A stretch of DNA of 60,463 nt, counting the filler. It is 7 parts of 7 records of this genome, joined end to end, with 100 filler letters (N's around TTAATTAATTAA, not from the genome) between each part and the next. Parts side by side here need not be neighbours in the genome. Positions count along the whole stretch, not along the records: positions 1 to 13,564 come from SRR31156797_57740; positions 13,665 to 19,452 come from SRR31156797_57765; positions 19,553 to 31,755 come from SRR31156797_57784; 4 more parts are not named here. One strand, given 5' to 3'. A model generated the notes under the pieces. That model was not told where the DNA came from and ran no database searches. It saw nothing but the letters and a program-made list of their open reading frames with translations. Below, piece by piece: positions 9,570 through 19,600 of the stretch. Within the stretch, counting starts at the first letter, position 1; each line of letters starts with the position of its first letter. The position numbers were made by a program, and so were the translations under genes.

Positions 9570-10445
9570 ATGCATGGACTCTCACCCCGGGCAAAGGGCT
9601 TCGCGATTACGTTTGCCGGCGTTCTGGTCCTGAGCCCCGACGCCTTGTTGATTCGCCTGGTCGAAGCCGACAACTGGACGATCATTTTCTATCGCGGTGT
9701 GTTCACGGCCCTGGTGCTGATCGCTTTTCTCGCACTTCGGCATGGGCCGGAGGCCCGCCGGATTTTGTTTCGCCTCGACTGGCAGGCGTTCGTCGCCGGC
9801 CTTCTTTACGGCACCGGAAACATCCTGTTCGTCAATTCCATCAACCGGACCCTGGTCGCCAATACGCTGGTGATTCTTGCCGCAACACCCCTGATCGCCG
9901 CCCTGCTGAGCCGCCTTTTCCTGCGCGAGAAACAGTCCGGCGAAACCTGGGTCGCCATCGCCGTCGTCCTCGCCGGGGTTGGCATCATCTTCTCGGGCAG
10001 CATCGGCGGCGGCTATCTGCTCGGCGATATCCTGGCCGCCGGTGCGGCAATTGCGATGGCGGCGAACCTGACCGTTCTCAGGCGTAGCCGGGTGGAAACC
10101 CCGTTGCCGATGGTCATCCTCGGCGGAACCGTCGCCGCCATCCTGTCTTGGCCGCTGGCCTCGCCGATGACGGTTTCGGGCGAAGATCTTATGTTTTTGG
10201 CCATCGTCGGCGGCATCGTCATGCCGGTCTCGTTCGGGCTCATCTTCCTGGGTCCGAAATTCCTGCCGTCGTCGGAGGTCGCCTTGATCATGCTGTTGGA
10301 GGCGATCACCGGACCGGCGCTGGTTTGGCTGATTCTGAGCGAGATGCCGACGCTTCGCGTGATCCTGGCCGGAGCGCTGATCCTGGGCACCGTCGGCGTC
10401 CACGCGTTGGTCGGCCTGCGCCGAAACGGCCTCCGCAACCCTTGA
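9570..10445 (+). CDS. DMT/EamA-family transporter
   Basis: About 10 TM helices in two repeats; LSPDALLIRL, PLIAALLSRLFLRE, EVALIMLLE. Start at ATG 9570 preferred over the upstream GTG. Confidence 0.88.
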   Translation: MHGLSPRAKGFAITFAGVLVLSPDALLIRLVEADNWTIIFYRGVFTALVLIAFLALRHGPEARRILFRLDWQAFVAGLLYGTGNILFVNSINRTLVANTLVILAATPLIAALLSRLFLREKQSGETWVAIAVVLAGVGIIFSGSIGGGYLLGDILAAGAAIAMAANLTVLRRSRVETPLPMVILGGTVAAILSWPLASPMTVSGEDLMFLAIVGGIVMPVSFGLIFLGPKFLPSSEVALIMLLEAITGPALVWLILSEMPTLRVILAGALILGTVGVHALVGLRRNGLRNP

Positions 10446-10535
10446 ACCGGAGCCGAGACGCCACATGTTAATTCGAATTGTTTCGTGTTAAGGTTTCGAT
10501 GAAATCGGCGGGAAACAGGCGTATCCCGCCGTAAA

Positions 10536-12941
10536 ATGAATAAAACAGAAGAAACCGAAGTTTTCATGATCGGTCTGGGTCAGAACGCACGAAGTATCGA
10601 GACTTCTGGCATTTTTTCTGCCGGTCGCCGTGACCGAGTTGGATTTTCGGTCCGCGTCTTTTTGTTTATAGCGTTCGTCGCCTTTTCGATTCTTGTTGGC
10701 GGCGTCGTCCACAACGCCGCAGCCCACCAAAAATCGAGCCTTCCCGCCGGCACCGGAGCAACCGGCGGTCCAGCTTCAATTCTTGTGATCAATTCCTATC
10801 ACAAGGGTTACGGTTGGTCGGAATCGATCACGCGTGGCATCGAGGAAACCTTGCACACCGCGCCCGAAAGGCTCGATGTCTGGTTCGAATACATCGAAGG
10901 CGTGCGTTTTCCGACGCCAGCCTATCGGGAAAAGCTCGTTCCCTTCCTGCGCGACAAGTTCAAGGACCGCAACTTCGACGTCATCATCGTTTCCGACAAC
11001 GACGCCTTCGATTTCGTTCTCGACCACCGTAGCGACCTGTTTGCCGATGTGCCGGTGGTTTTTTGCGGCGTCAACAGTTTCGTCCCCGAGATGCTGCGCG
11101 GGCAATCCGGCATCACCGGTATCGTTCAGTACGACGACATCGCGTCGACCATCGATCTGGCCCTGGATCTGCACCCGCAGGCCGAACGAATCATTACGAT
11201 CACGGCGCCGCACACGACCGGCACCATCCTGCACAACCGCGTCAAGGAAATCGCCCTCGAATTCGAAGATCGGGCCGATTTCGAGTTCTGGCACGGCAAA
11301 GCGATCGAGGATGTCCTTGCCGATGCAAAAGGGCTGTATCAGGGAACAATCCTGTTCACCTTCGGATCCCAGGTCGACCGGCTTGGAAAGCCCGTTCCGG
11401 GGGAAACCGCGGTCGATATGATATCCACCGCTTCACAGGCGCCGATTTATTCCAGCGCCGACACCTATCTCGGCCACGGCGTCGTCGGCGGCCACATGCA
11501 AAGCGGCCTCGTTCACGGCCGCACGGCGGCGGCCTATGCGCTGGAAATTTTGCGCGGGCGCAAGGCCGACGATATCCCGATCCTGACCAAGGGCGCCAAC
11601 CCCTACATGTTCGACTTTCAGGTGCTGCAGAGATTCCGGATCGATGCGTCGGATCTTCCCGAAGGCAGCATCATCGTCAATCAACCGCAGACGACGTTCG
11701 AGCGTTATCGGACCTATTTGTGGGCGGCGCTTGCCGTCATCGCCGTCCTCGGCTTTTTCGTCGCCGCCCTGGTTTTCCTTATGGTCAAACGACGGCGTGC
11801 CGAATTGGCCCTTCGCGAAAGCGAGGAAAGACTGCAGGCCATCCTCGACAATTCGCCGGCGGCCGTTTCGTTGAAAAGCCTCGACGGCCGCTATGTTCTG
11901 GCAAACCGGGAATTCACACGGCGATACGGCATCGAGTCTTCAGCCTTTCTGGGCAAGCGGACCGGCGACCTTTTCACGCCGGAGCGGGCCGAGTTGATGG
12001 AAAAAATCGAATCCGAGGTCATCGCCACGGGTGCGCAGTGCGAGCATCAATTCTTCGATGAAAAGCCGGACGGCACGGTCAACTCGTATATCGTCGTCAA
12101 ATTCCCGGTCTTCGATGTCTTCGGCAATCTACGCGGCATCGGCGGCATCACCACCGATGTGACCGACGTCAAAAGGGCATCGGAAGCCATGCGAACACTG
12201 CAGGCCGAATTGGCCCATGTTTCGCGTCTCAGCACCATGGGCGAAATGGCTGCCGGGTTTGCCCACGAACTGAACCAGCCGCTGGCATCCATCGCCAATT
12301 ATGCGCAGGGCTGCGCCCAACGCATGAAATCCGGAAATTTCGATATCGGCACCATTATCGAAAAAACCGAATTGGTCGCCGACCAAGCCCATCGGGCGAG
12401 TGAAATCATCAAGCGAATCCGTGGCTTCGTTTCGAACAAGGATGCGACGCGCGCCAACGACGACCTGCCGGTCATAGACATCAATCCGGTCATTCGGGCG
12501 GCGCTCGGTCTGCTGGCAAGCGAAGTATCGAAACATGCCGTCGACCTCAGTGCCGATCTGTCGGATTCAACGCTTGTGGTCAGGGCGGATTCCATTCAGA
12601 TCCAGCAACTGATCATCAATCTCGCGCGCAACGGCATGGAAGCCATGAGCGAAGCCGGAAACTGGCCCAGAACCCTGACAATCCGGTCCGTCGTCAACGA
12701 GGACGGTTCGGTCGGTATCGAAGTCATCGATACCGGCCCGGGCATTCCCGAGGATGTCCTGCAGAGAATGTTCCATCCGTTTTTCACGACCAAGGAAACG
12801 GGCATGGGGATGGGCCTGTCGATCTGCCGGTCGATTGCCGAAAACCATGGGGGCCGGCTGACGGCCGAAAACCGGCATTCCGGCGGCACCGTGTTCCGCA
12901 TCACGCTTCCCGCCGCCGAGGCCAATTCCGCCGCCGCCTAG
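10536..12941 (+). CDS. Membrane sensor histidine kinase: periplasmic ABC-substrate-binding-like domain, TM, PAS, HisKA, HATPase (FixL/TtrS-like transmitter)
   Basis: LVINSYH periplasmic domain; PAS (ILDNSPAAVSLKSLDGRYVLAN); H-box MGEMAAGFAHELNQPL; N, G1, F, G2 boxes (NLARNG, DTGPG, PFFTTK, GMGMGLSIC). Exact start uncertain. Confidence 0.92.
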   Translation: MNKTEETEVFMIGLGQNARSIETSGIFSAGRRDRVGFSVRVFLFIAFVAFSILVGGVVHNAAAHQKSSLPAGTGATGGPASILVINSYHKGYGWSESITRGIEETLHTAPERLDVWFEYIEGVRFPTPAYREKLVPFLRDKFKDRNFDVIIVSDNDAFDFVLDHRSDLFADVPVVFCGVNSFVPEMLRGQSGITGIVQYDDIASTIDLALDLHPQAERIITITAPHTTGTILHNRVKEIALEFEDRADFEFWHGKAIEDVLADAKGLYQGTILFTFGSQVDRLGKPVPGETAVDMISTASQAPIYSSADTYLGHGVVGGHMQSGLVHGRTAAAYALEILRGRKADDIPILTKGANPYMFDFQVLQRFRIDASDLPEGSIIVNQPQTTFERYRTYLWAALAVIAVLGFFVAALVFLMVKRRRAELALRESEERLQAILDNSPAAVSLKSLDGRYVLANREFTRRYGIESSAFLGKRTGDLFTPERAELMEKIESEVIATGAQCEHQFFDEKPDGTVNSYIVVKFPVFDVFGNLRGIGGITTDVTDVKRASEAMRTLQAELAHVSRLSTMGEMAAGFAHELNQPLASIANYAQGCAQRMKSGNFDIGTIIEKTELVADQAHRASEIIKRIRGFVSNKDATRANDDLPVIDINPVIRAALGLLASEVSKHAVDLSADLSDSTLVVRADSIQIQQLIINLARNGMEAMSEAGNWPRTLTIRSVVNEDGSVGIEVIDTGPGIPEDVLQRMFHPFFTTKETGMGMGLSICRSIAENHGGRLTAENRHSGGTVFRITLPAAEANSAAA

Positions 12942-13085
12942 TCGGGCCGGAATAGACCGCGGCCCGGCGCGCGAAACCGGAATATCGTTTAGTTTTTAAC
13001 TATTCGTGTTAGAATTCCATGTTAATGCTACGGGTCCGAACCAAAATAAACGGCAACCGAAATTAAAACGGCAGCCAAAAAACAG

Positions 13086-13564
13086 ATGCTTGGAACGGTA
13101 GAACAAAAAGAAAAAACGACTTTTTTCCCGAGGGCTTCAGCCTTCATCGGACGGTTTTCACTCGCAGGCCGTTGGGCCGTGTTTTCCTGTATTCTGGCGC
13201 TGGCATCGGTGCTGGCCGGTTGGCCGGCATTCGGCCCGGCTTATGCCCAAACGGTCCAGCCCAAGAACGTCCTCGTCATCAATTCCTACCATCAAAGCTA
13301 TCCCTGGACCGAATTGGTGGTGAAGGGAATCCGGGAGGCCATTGCCGAGGCGCCGATCGCCGTCGATCCGTGGTTCGTCTATCTCGATACGACGCGATAT
13401 CCGGCCAGAAACCATTTCGAAGGACGGCTCCCTCACTATCGCGCCGAGTTCGCGAAGCAGCGCTTCGACGCCGTCATCGTCGTCGACAACGACGCCTTGG
13501 ATTTTGCGCTCGCCCATCGGGCCGAATTGTTCGGCGACACCCCGATCGTTTTCTGCGGCATCAA
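13086..13564 (+). CDS. Paralogous sensor protein with the same periplasmic domain, truncated by contig end
   Basis: NVLVINSYHQSYPW...FDAVIVVDNDALDF...PIVFCGI aligns with SILVINSYHKGYGW...FDVIIVSDNDAFDF...PVVFCGV of the upstream kinase. Confidence 0.8.
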
Positions 13565-13664
13565 NNNNNNNNNNNNNNNNNNNNNNNNNNNNNNNNNNNN
13601 NNNNNNNNTTAATTAATTAANNNNNNNNNNNNNNNNNNNNNNNNNNNNNNNNNNNNNNNNNNNN
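13565..13664. other. Artificial contig linker
   Basis: N44-TTAATTAATTAA-N44; base composition changes abruptly across it. Confidence 0.98.
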
Positions 13665-13859
13665 TTTAAAGTCATAAGCCAGTTTATTTACAAATACCCG
13701 GTCTCCCACCAGAATAGTAGGCTGCATTGACCCTGAAGGGATATCATTCCAATCGGCAAGAGATGATTTAACCGATGTTGCAATCAACAGGGCAATTGCA
13801 AGGCTGAACAACCAGCTTTTTATTAAATTTAAAATTATTTTTTTAAAATTGATTTTCAT
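13665..13859 (-). CDS. lepB: Signal peptidase I (S26), N-terminal part, truncated
   Basis: TM anchor followed by IPSGSMQPTILVGDRVFVNKLAY (catalytic Ser box). Confidence 0.9.
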
Positions 13860-14011
13860 ACATATCTCCTTTAAATCATCAAAGTATCCATTGAAGTCTG
13901 CATCAGCACCATATCACATTTGATTTAAGGTCGGGTACGATAAAATTTCTCCCGGATTTTGCCGATCTTCTTTGGTCCTCGCCTTCGACCATGTGGGACG
14001 CTAGTATGTTC

Positions 14012-14056
14012 ATAAAGGATGTTGGAATCTGATTGATTTCAACATCCTTTTTTATT
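14012..14056 (-). terminator. Hairpin terminator downstream of the TonB-dependent receptor
   Basis: aaaggatgttg...caacatccttt inverted repeat with A/T tracts. Confidence 0.7.
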
Positions 14057-14062
14057 GTGTCC

Positions 14063-16159
14063 CTAAAACCGGAAAACAATGTTGGCACCGATGGTCCTGG
14101 GGCTGCCCACCATATATGAATTTCTGATGCTGCTGGTAAAGATGCTGGCGTAGTATTCTTCATCAAACAGATTTTTGGCGTAAACATAAAAATCCCAATT
14201 GGAAAGTTCCATGCCAAGCTTTAAATTTACAACGGCATAAGGGTCCCGTACTGAATTGTCTTGGTTGGATTCGTTGAAATAGGTTTCTCCGTATCCCTGA
14301 ACGTCCAGACCGGTGTAGATGCCGGACCCATGGCGGTATTGAATGGCGGCGTTTATGGAGTATTCCGGGGTGTTTTTCAGTTTGTTCCCGGCATAATCGA
14401 CCCCGCCGTATCCCATATATTCATCGTATTCGCCCTGGGTTAGTCCAAGGCCCGTGGAAAGTATAAGCCCCGGAACCGGCCTGAACTTAACTTCCAGTTC
14501 TCCCCCGTAACTATGTGCTTTTCCCGCGTTGGAGGCCACCATGACATAAGCTGAGGGGTATTGGGTTACCTGCATATCTTTTATGTCCATATAAAATATG
14601 GAAAGGTTACAGGACAGGCGGTTGTTCAACCAGGTGGCTTTGGCGCCCCATTCATAACTGGTTGAGGTCTGGGGATCATAGGCGGCGGCATCGGGATCAT
14701 CAATGGTGTTGTTAAACCCTCCGGAAAGATACCCCTGGGAGACGCTGACATAGGTCATGATGTTTTCTGAGATCCGGTAATCCAGGCTGGCTTTGGGCGT
14801 CAAACTGTCCCAGTCGTCCTCAATGGTGTAAGCCGCTGAGCTGATTGTGGTGTTGGTGTCCAGGTTGGTGGTGGTTCTGTGGTAATCCATCTCTTTGTTT
14901 ACGGTTTCATACCGGGCGCCAATGGTAAATTTAAAGGCGTTAAAGAACGGAATCGAGGTTTGAGCAAACACGGCTGCGGTTTTACTGATTGTGGTGCTGG
15001 GCCAGTCGGTTTTTCGGTTAAAGTTCATCATGGCCGAAGGAAGGTATTGCATGGACATTTCATTGTCCTTGTCCTGGTCATATTCAAAGTAACCGCCGGC
15101 AATCCAGGCTATACCGTTCCGGCTGTCCGGGGACTGGACGCGCAGTTCCTGGGAAAAGGTAGTACCTTGGTAATCCAGAATACCGTGGCTCACCGAACTG
15201 CTGCCGTATGAATAATCCACATCATAGTCTTCTGTTGCGTTTCTATAGGTGGTGGTGGACACGATATCAAATTTTTTTGCGTGGAAACGGGCATGAACGG
15301 CATTGTCAAAACTCTCCGCATCCACATGGTCATCCGGGTTTTTGTATTCATGGAACCGGATCCGGGAATCCCCGATCATAGGGCCGTCTCCTCCCTGCCG
15401 GATCTCTTTGCCTGAAAACAGATTGATCTCCAGCTGCCCGGAAGGCTTCCAGCGCAGCCGTCCTCTGAAGTTAAGGATATCCCTGTCATCGTAATAGTCC
15501 TGGTCCGGATGGTCGTTTTCCATATAGCCCCGGGTCTGGTATTCGGACGCCCAAAGGCCGAAAAACAGGGTGTCTTTTTTAATGGGGCCGCTGACATTGG
15601 CGTTAAAAAGATAGGTCTCGTATTCTGAAATATCCAGGGAGACCCGGCCTTCCAAATCATTGGACGGCGCTTTGGTGGTGATGTTCATGACGCCGCCCAT
15701 GGCGTTTTTACCGTAAAGGGTGCCCTGGGGACCCCTGAGAAGTTCAACAGATTCAACATTGGTGAAATCGGCATTGTATCCGCTGATTTTGCTGAAAGGG
15801 ACCCCGTCCACGTACATAACAAAAGGGTTTCTGCGGTTAATCATGCTGGGGCTGACGCCCCGGCAGCCCACATACGTCACATTCTGGTTCTGGGCTCTGA
15901 CAGACAGGTTGGGAACCAGATTGAAGATCTCCTTGACCCCCCTGACATTTTGGTCCTGGATTTCAACATCGTTGATTACAGTGATGGATACCGGGACTTC
16001 TTTTAGGGTTTGTTTGCGTTTTTCCGCTGTAACTACCACATCATCTATGATTTTGGACCCTTCCTTGGGGCTTTGGGCAAGGCCTGGCCGGACCATTGAA
16101 AATACGAGCAATAACGTTGCGGTGGTCAAAAGGTGATGGGCGAAGGGTAATTTTTTCAT
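14063..16159 (-). CDS. TonB-dependent outer-membrane receptor (FyuA/siderophore-receptor-like)
   Basis: Signal peptide; TonB-box-like DDVVVTAEKR; plug motif VELLRGPQGTLYGKNAMGGVMNI; NLFDEEY; C-terminal Phe. Confidence 0.93.
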   Translation of the reverse strand: MKKLPFAHHLLTTATLLLVFSMVRPGLAQSPKEGSKIIDDVVVTAEKRKQTLKEVPVSITVINDVEIQDQNVRGVKEIFNLVPNLSVRAQNQNVTYVGCRGVSPSMINRRNPFVMYVDGVPFSKISGYNADFTNVESVELLRGPQGTLYGKNAMGGVMNITTKAPSNDLEGRVSLDISEYETYLFNANVSGPIKKDTLFFGLWASEYQTRGYMENDHPDQDYYDDRDILNFRGRLRWKPSGQLEINLFSGKEIRQGGDGPMIGDSRIRFHEYKNPDDHVDAESFDNAVHARFHAKKFDIVSTTTYRNATEDYDVDYSYGSSSVSHGILDYQGTTFSQELRVQSPDSRNGIAWIAGGYFEYDQDKDNEMSMQYLPSAMMNFNRKTDWPSTTISKTAAVFAQTSIPFFNAFKFTIGARYETVNKEMDYHRTTTNLDTNTTISSAAYTIEDDWDSLTPKASLDYRISENIMTYVSVSQGYLSGGFNNTIDDPDAAAYDPQTSTSYEWGAKATWLNNRLSCNLSIFYMDIKDMQVTQYPSAYVMVASNAGKAHSYGGELEVKFRPVPGLILSTGLGLTQGEYDEYMGYGGVDYAGNKLKNTPEYSINAAIQYRHGSGIYTGLDVQGYGETYFNESNQDNSVRDPYAVVNLKLGMELSNWDFYVYAKNLFDEEYYASIFTSSIRNSYMVGSPRTIGANIVFRF

Positions 16160-16162
16160 CGG

Positions 16163-16465
16163 CTAAATCTCCTTTACTTTTTTGGCTGATACCAGGGTGT
16201 CGGTGCTTGCGCATTCTTTTCCCAGGGCTTCAAAGATGCCGGCTTCCAGCGCGCCGTTGATCATGGCGGGCAGATATCCCAGGCTTAATTGGTTGTAAAC
16301 GGGTTTGAATCTCAGGGGGGATGGGTTCGTTTTTTTCAGATAACCGTCTGGCATGGGCCAGCAGGATTCAAAGGGTGTATCCCGTTCATGGGCGCAGGGC
16401 ATTTCCCTGACGACTTCATGTTGCTGGCTTGGGTGCCATAATTTAATCTGTATACTGTCTTTCAT
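16163..16465 (-). pseudogene. Short, probably chimeric gene relic; second half resembles an O-methyltransferase N-terminal dimerisation helix
   Basis: FKPVYNQLSLGYLPAMINGALEAGIFEALG...STDTL pattern followed by an abrupt stop 3 nt before the receptor start. Resemblance judged by eye only. Confidence 0.4.
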
Positions 16466-16520
16466 TAAGCTTGCGAATATCCAACGATATTAGGGTTGAA
16501 AATAGGTTATGGCTAACTAT

Positions 16521-16546
16521 TGTTTGGAAATTAATATTTTCAAACA
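16521..16546. promoter_or_regulatory. Imperfect palindrome, candidate metal-regulator operator
   Basis: TGTTTGGAAATTAATATTTTCAAACA is self-complementary at 20 of 26 positions; lies upstream of the relic-receptor unit. Confidence 0.45.
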
Positions 16547-16603
16547 GATGGAGAAGGTTAATTAAAAAAGTATTATAAAAAAATTGACGGCGGGAGTGAC
16601 GGC

Positions 16604-16637
16604 TCCCGGGCGGTTGACAATATTCTGCCCGGGAGAA
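16604..16637 (-). terminator. Hairpin downstream of the DUF4198 gene
   Basis: ctcccgggc...gcccgggag inverted repeat. Confidence 0.5.
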
Positions 16638-16710
16638 CGTTTCACTTTTTTTGAATGATGAACCCAAATCAGGTTCAACGAATCAATATTGGTATAACTT
16701 TTTAAAGTGC

Positions 16711-17607
16711 TTAAGGCTTTGCCGTAAATGATACGGTGGCCCCGTAATAGATGGACTGGCATTTTTTGACCAGTGCCTTGAGGTCATTATCTTTTGTCAC
16801 CACTTTCTTCACAGTGACCGAGGCCATCCAGGCACCGGGGGTGGGGACCCGGATCTGGGCCTTTCCGTCCATGATATATGCCGTGAGCATGTATTGATCC
16901 GGACCGCCGAAGGTGTTGGAGGTCATGTGCAGGTAGTTCATGCTCTTCATATCGCAGGTCAGCGGTTTACCATTGAGTGTGACCGTAAATTTGACCAGGT
17001 CTCCTGCCTTGACGTCACTCATGTCGGTTTCGGGCAGGATTTCAAGTTCATATCCCACGGGTTTGGGCTGGGTCCAGCGTTCAATGCCGAAATAGGATTT
17101 GCCTACGGCTTTGTACCGGGTGCTGAAATCAAAGGATTTTGCTCCCTTTATCTCGTCCATGGGTTTGGTGGTCATTTTGTGTTTGCCGTTGGCATCCACA
17201 TACCCGGTAAAATAGGTGGCCTTGGATTCGGCGATTACCTGGTATGTCCCGGGTATGGTCTTATCAGTCAGAGAAATTTTTCTTAACCCCAGGTCTCCGG
17301 GTACAATGGTCATTCCGGTTTTGGAGGTGGTTGCGTTTTCCTGTTTGATAACAGGCAAAGAAATGGGAGTTATGGAATTATCCGGACCCACCAGGCTGTA
17401 TTTTTCAATTTCTACGGCACCGGCTTCGGACATAAGAAAATCATCCAGGGGCATGGCATGCCCCCATCCAAGGCTTGTGATGACATGTCCCGGGGGATGG
17501 GTAAAGGATTCGTTGATGTTGACCCACAATGAGTGGGCATAAACGGTACTTGTGCAAAGTGCCGTCAGGGCAAGGGTTAAACCGGTGAGCTTTAATTTTC
17601 GTAACAT
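16711..17607 (-). CDS. DUF4198 (NikM-like) periplasmic protein
   Basis: Signal peptide ending VYA-HSLWVN (His at mature N-terminus); GWGH; GYELEILP; VTLNGKPL; DGKAQIRVPTPGAW. Confidence 0.8.
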   Translation of the reverse strand: MLRKLKLTGLTLALTALCTSTVYAHSLWVNINESFTHPPGHVITSLGWGHAMPLDDFLMSEAGAVEIEKYSLVGPDNSITPISLPVIKQENATTSKTGMTIVPGDLGLRKISLTDKTIPGTYQVIAESKATYFTGYVDANGKHKMTTKPMDEIKGAKSFDFSTRYKAVGKSYFGIERWTQPKPVGYELEILPETDMSDVKAGDLVKFTVTLNGKPLTCDMKSMNYLHMTSNTFGGPDQYMLTAYIMDGKAQIRVPTPGAWMASVTVKKVVTKDNDLKALVKKCQSIYYGATVSFTAKP

Positions 17608-17629
17608 GTGATTTCTCCTTTTAGGGTTA

Positions 17630-17953
17630 TTATTCTTTCTTCATGGGGCCGTCTTCGCGGACGGTATGTCCCGGGCCGCCATCCAGAAATACGGTATAAG
17701 GCTGATCCGGGATGTTAAATTCGGCTTCTCCGTTTTCATCCAATTTGATTTTTAAAATCTGTTTTTCATTTTCATCCATCAGATACAGGGGCAGGCTTGC
17801 GGCCGTTGCGCCGGTGGAAAACATCCCTTCCACGGACACGGTACCGTCCTCGTTGTCTATCAGATTCATGTAAAGGGTGTGACCAAAGGCCGGGCCTGTA
17901 ACAAGAAACAGCGCAATGAGTACCGGAAGCAGGGTAAATACGTCTTTCTTCAT
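17630..17953 (-). CDS. Small exported protein with mature N-terminal His (metal-uptake-cluster associated)
   Basis: AFG-HTLYMN...GMFSTGATA...KLDENGE...LDGGPGH; 4-nt overlap with the MMPL gene. Confidence 0.7.
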   Translation of the reverse strand: MKKDVFTLLPVLIALFLVTGPAFGHTLYMNLIDNEDGTVSVEGMFSTGATAASLPLYLMDENEKQILKIKLDENGEAEFNIPDQPYTVFLDGGPGHTVREDGPMKKE

Positions 17954-19452
17954 TGGGTTACCTCCTTGTTTAAATAGTGGTGGGGCTGTGTTTCCTGACC
18001 GGCGATTGATTCCTGGCCAAATGCCTTAAATGCTTTAAGCAGAACCGGGGTGACAAAATAATCGGTCAGCAGGGCCGTCATGATGCCTGTACCGGTAAAA
18101 ATACCCAAAAAAAATAAAACTTTGGCAGGAGAGCTTAAGTAAACACTGAAGTTGGCCGTCAGGATCAGGGAGGTGAATAAAAGCGGAATCCCGATGGCGC
18201 TGAACGTGTGACGGATGGCGTCAGCATAGTCCCGCTTCTGCTCAAAGGCCAGTTTGGCATGGTTGATAAAATGGATGGTGTCGTCCACGGCAAGTCCCAG
18301 CAGCATTGGCATAATGGTGATGGTCATCAAATCCAGGGGCACCCCCATCCACCCCATGAGTCCACCCACGGCCAGGGCCGGGGTGATGTTGGGAATCATG
18401 GCGATGAGACCGATTTTAAGGCTGCCGAAAACCAGAACCATCAGCCCCGTAATCACGCAGATAGCGATGAGAAACGAGGAAAGCTGACCCTTGGACACAA
18501 TATCCTGCATTACCGTGAACTGGGCCACGGAACCGGCCAGGGTTACGCTTGCCTCCGGGAAAAGCGCGTTGGCTTTTTTTGTGATTTGATGCAGTTCCCG
18601 GTATGCCTCAACGGTGTTATAGTCCTTAAGATCCACAGTCATACGCAGGCGCCGGTATTCGTAATCAATCCATTTCTCCGCTTCCCGTCCCCCGGCATTT
18701 TCGTATAGCAGCATAATTTGGGCCACCATTTCCCGGGTGTCGGGAATGGAGAAATATTGAGGGTCGCCATCGTGGAGCACCTGGTTCATATCCTTGATGA
18801 TTTCGGCGATGGACGTAACCTTTTTGGTCAGGGGGAAACCCAGTGCCTCTTGTTCCAGCAGACTCAGCTTTTTTAAATTCTCAGGTTCCCGGGCCATGTT
18901 TTCGTTGGGAAATTCCACCACCACATTGTAAGAGTACATCGCACCCAAAGGTGAACTGTTTACCTGATCCAGCCGATTTACGTAGGGCACCTGAAGCCCC
19001 ATATTTTTGCGGATATCAAAATTGACCTCAAAATTGCGCATCCCTGCCACAGTGATCAGGATCGCCAGGAGAAATATAATGATGATGGGGATCGGCCGGG
19101 CCAGAACCAGGTTGGCAAGTTTTGCCATCAGGTTCTCCAGCAGGGCATTGGAGTGCAAGCGGACCTGCTTGACATCCTGGTCCTTTCCAAAGGAGAGCAG
19201 GGCCGGGATCATGATGACCACCATGAGAAAAACGATGGAGACCAGCAAAGAGGTTGAAGATCCGATCCAGCGCACCGGTTTGACATCCACAAAGTGAAAG
19301 GACGACAGCGCGCCCACCGTGGTCAGGGCCGTGAACAAGATGGGCCAGGCAGTTTCTTTGACGGCCAGACGGACCGACTCTTTTCTTTTTCCGGTTTTAA
19401 GAAAATGGCGTTTGAAAAAGGAGAAAATATGGATGGAGTACCCGATGGATAC
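17950..19452 (-). CDS. MMPL/RND-superfamily membrane protein, C-terminal part (5' truncated)
   Basis: Frame open to the contig edge (VSIGYSIHIF...); GLAVDDTIHF motif; repeated TM blocks. Confidence 0.88.
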   Translation of the reverse strand, partial: VSIGYSIHIFSFFKRHFLKTGKRKESVRLAVKETAWPILFTALTTVGALSSFHFVDVKPVRWIGSSTSLLVSIVFLMVVIMIPALLSFGKDQDVKQVRLHSNALLENLMAKLANLVLARPIPIIIIFLLAILITVAGMRNFEVNFDIRKNMGLQVPYVNRLDQVNSSPLGAMYSYNVVVEFPNENMAREPENLKKLSLLEQEALGFPLTKKVTSIAEIIKDMNQVLHDGDPQYFSIPDTREMVAQIMLLYENAGGREAEKWIDYEYRRLRMTVDLKDYNTVEAYRELHQITKKANALFPEASVTLAGSVAQFTVMQDIVSKGQLSSFLIAICVITGLMVLVFGSLKIGLIAMIPNITPALAVGGLMGWMGVPLDLMTITIMPMLLGLAVDDTIHFINHAKLAFEQKRDYADAIRHTFSAIGIPLLFTSLILTANFSVYLSSPAKVLFFLGIFTGTGIMTALLTDYFVTPVLLKAFKAFGQESIAGQETQPHHYLNKEVTQ

Positions 19453-19552
19453 NNNNNNNNNNNNNNNNNNNNNNNNNNNNNNNNNNNNNNNNNNNNTTAA
19501 TTAATTAANNNNNNNNNNNNNNNNNNNNNNNNNNNNNNNNNNNNNNNNNNNN
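19453..19552. other. Artificial contig linker
   Basis: N44-TTAATTAATTAA-N44. Confidence 0.98.
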
Positions 19553-19600
19553 GCTCAGGACTGTGTCCTCCACCACCCACCCCAAGCATTTCCCGCCACC

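Noticed and set aside
13903-14217. 104-aa ORF overlapping the receptor 3' end
   Set aside because: It crosses the receptor stop and its terminator and has no motif support.
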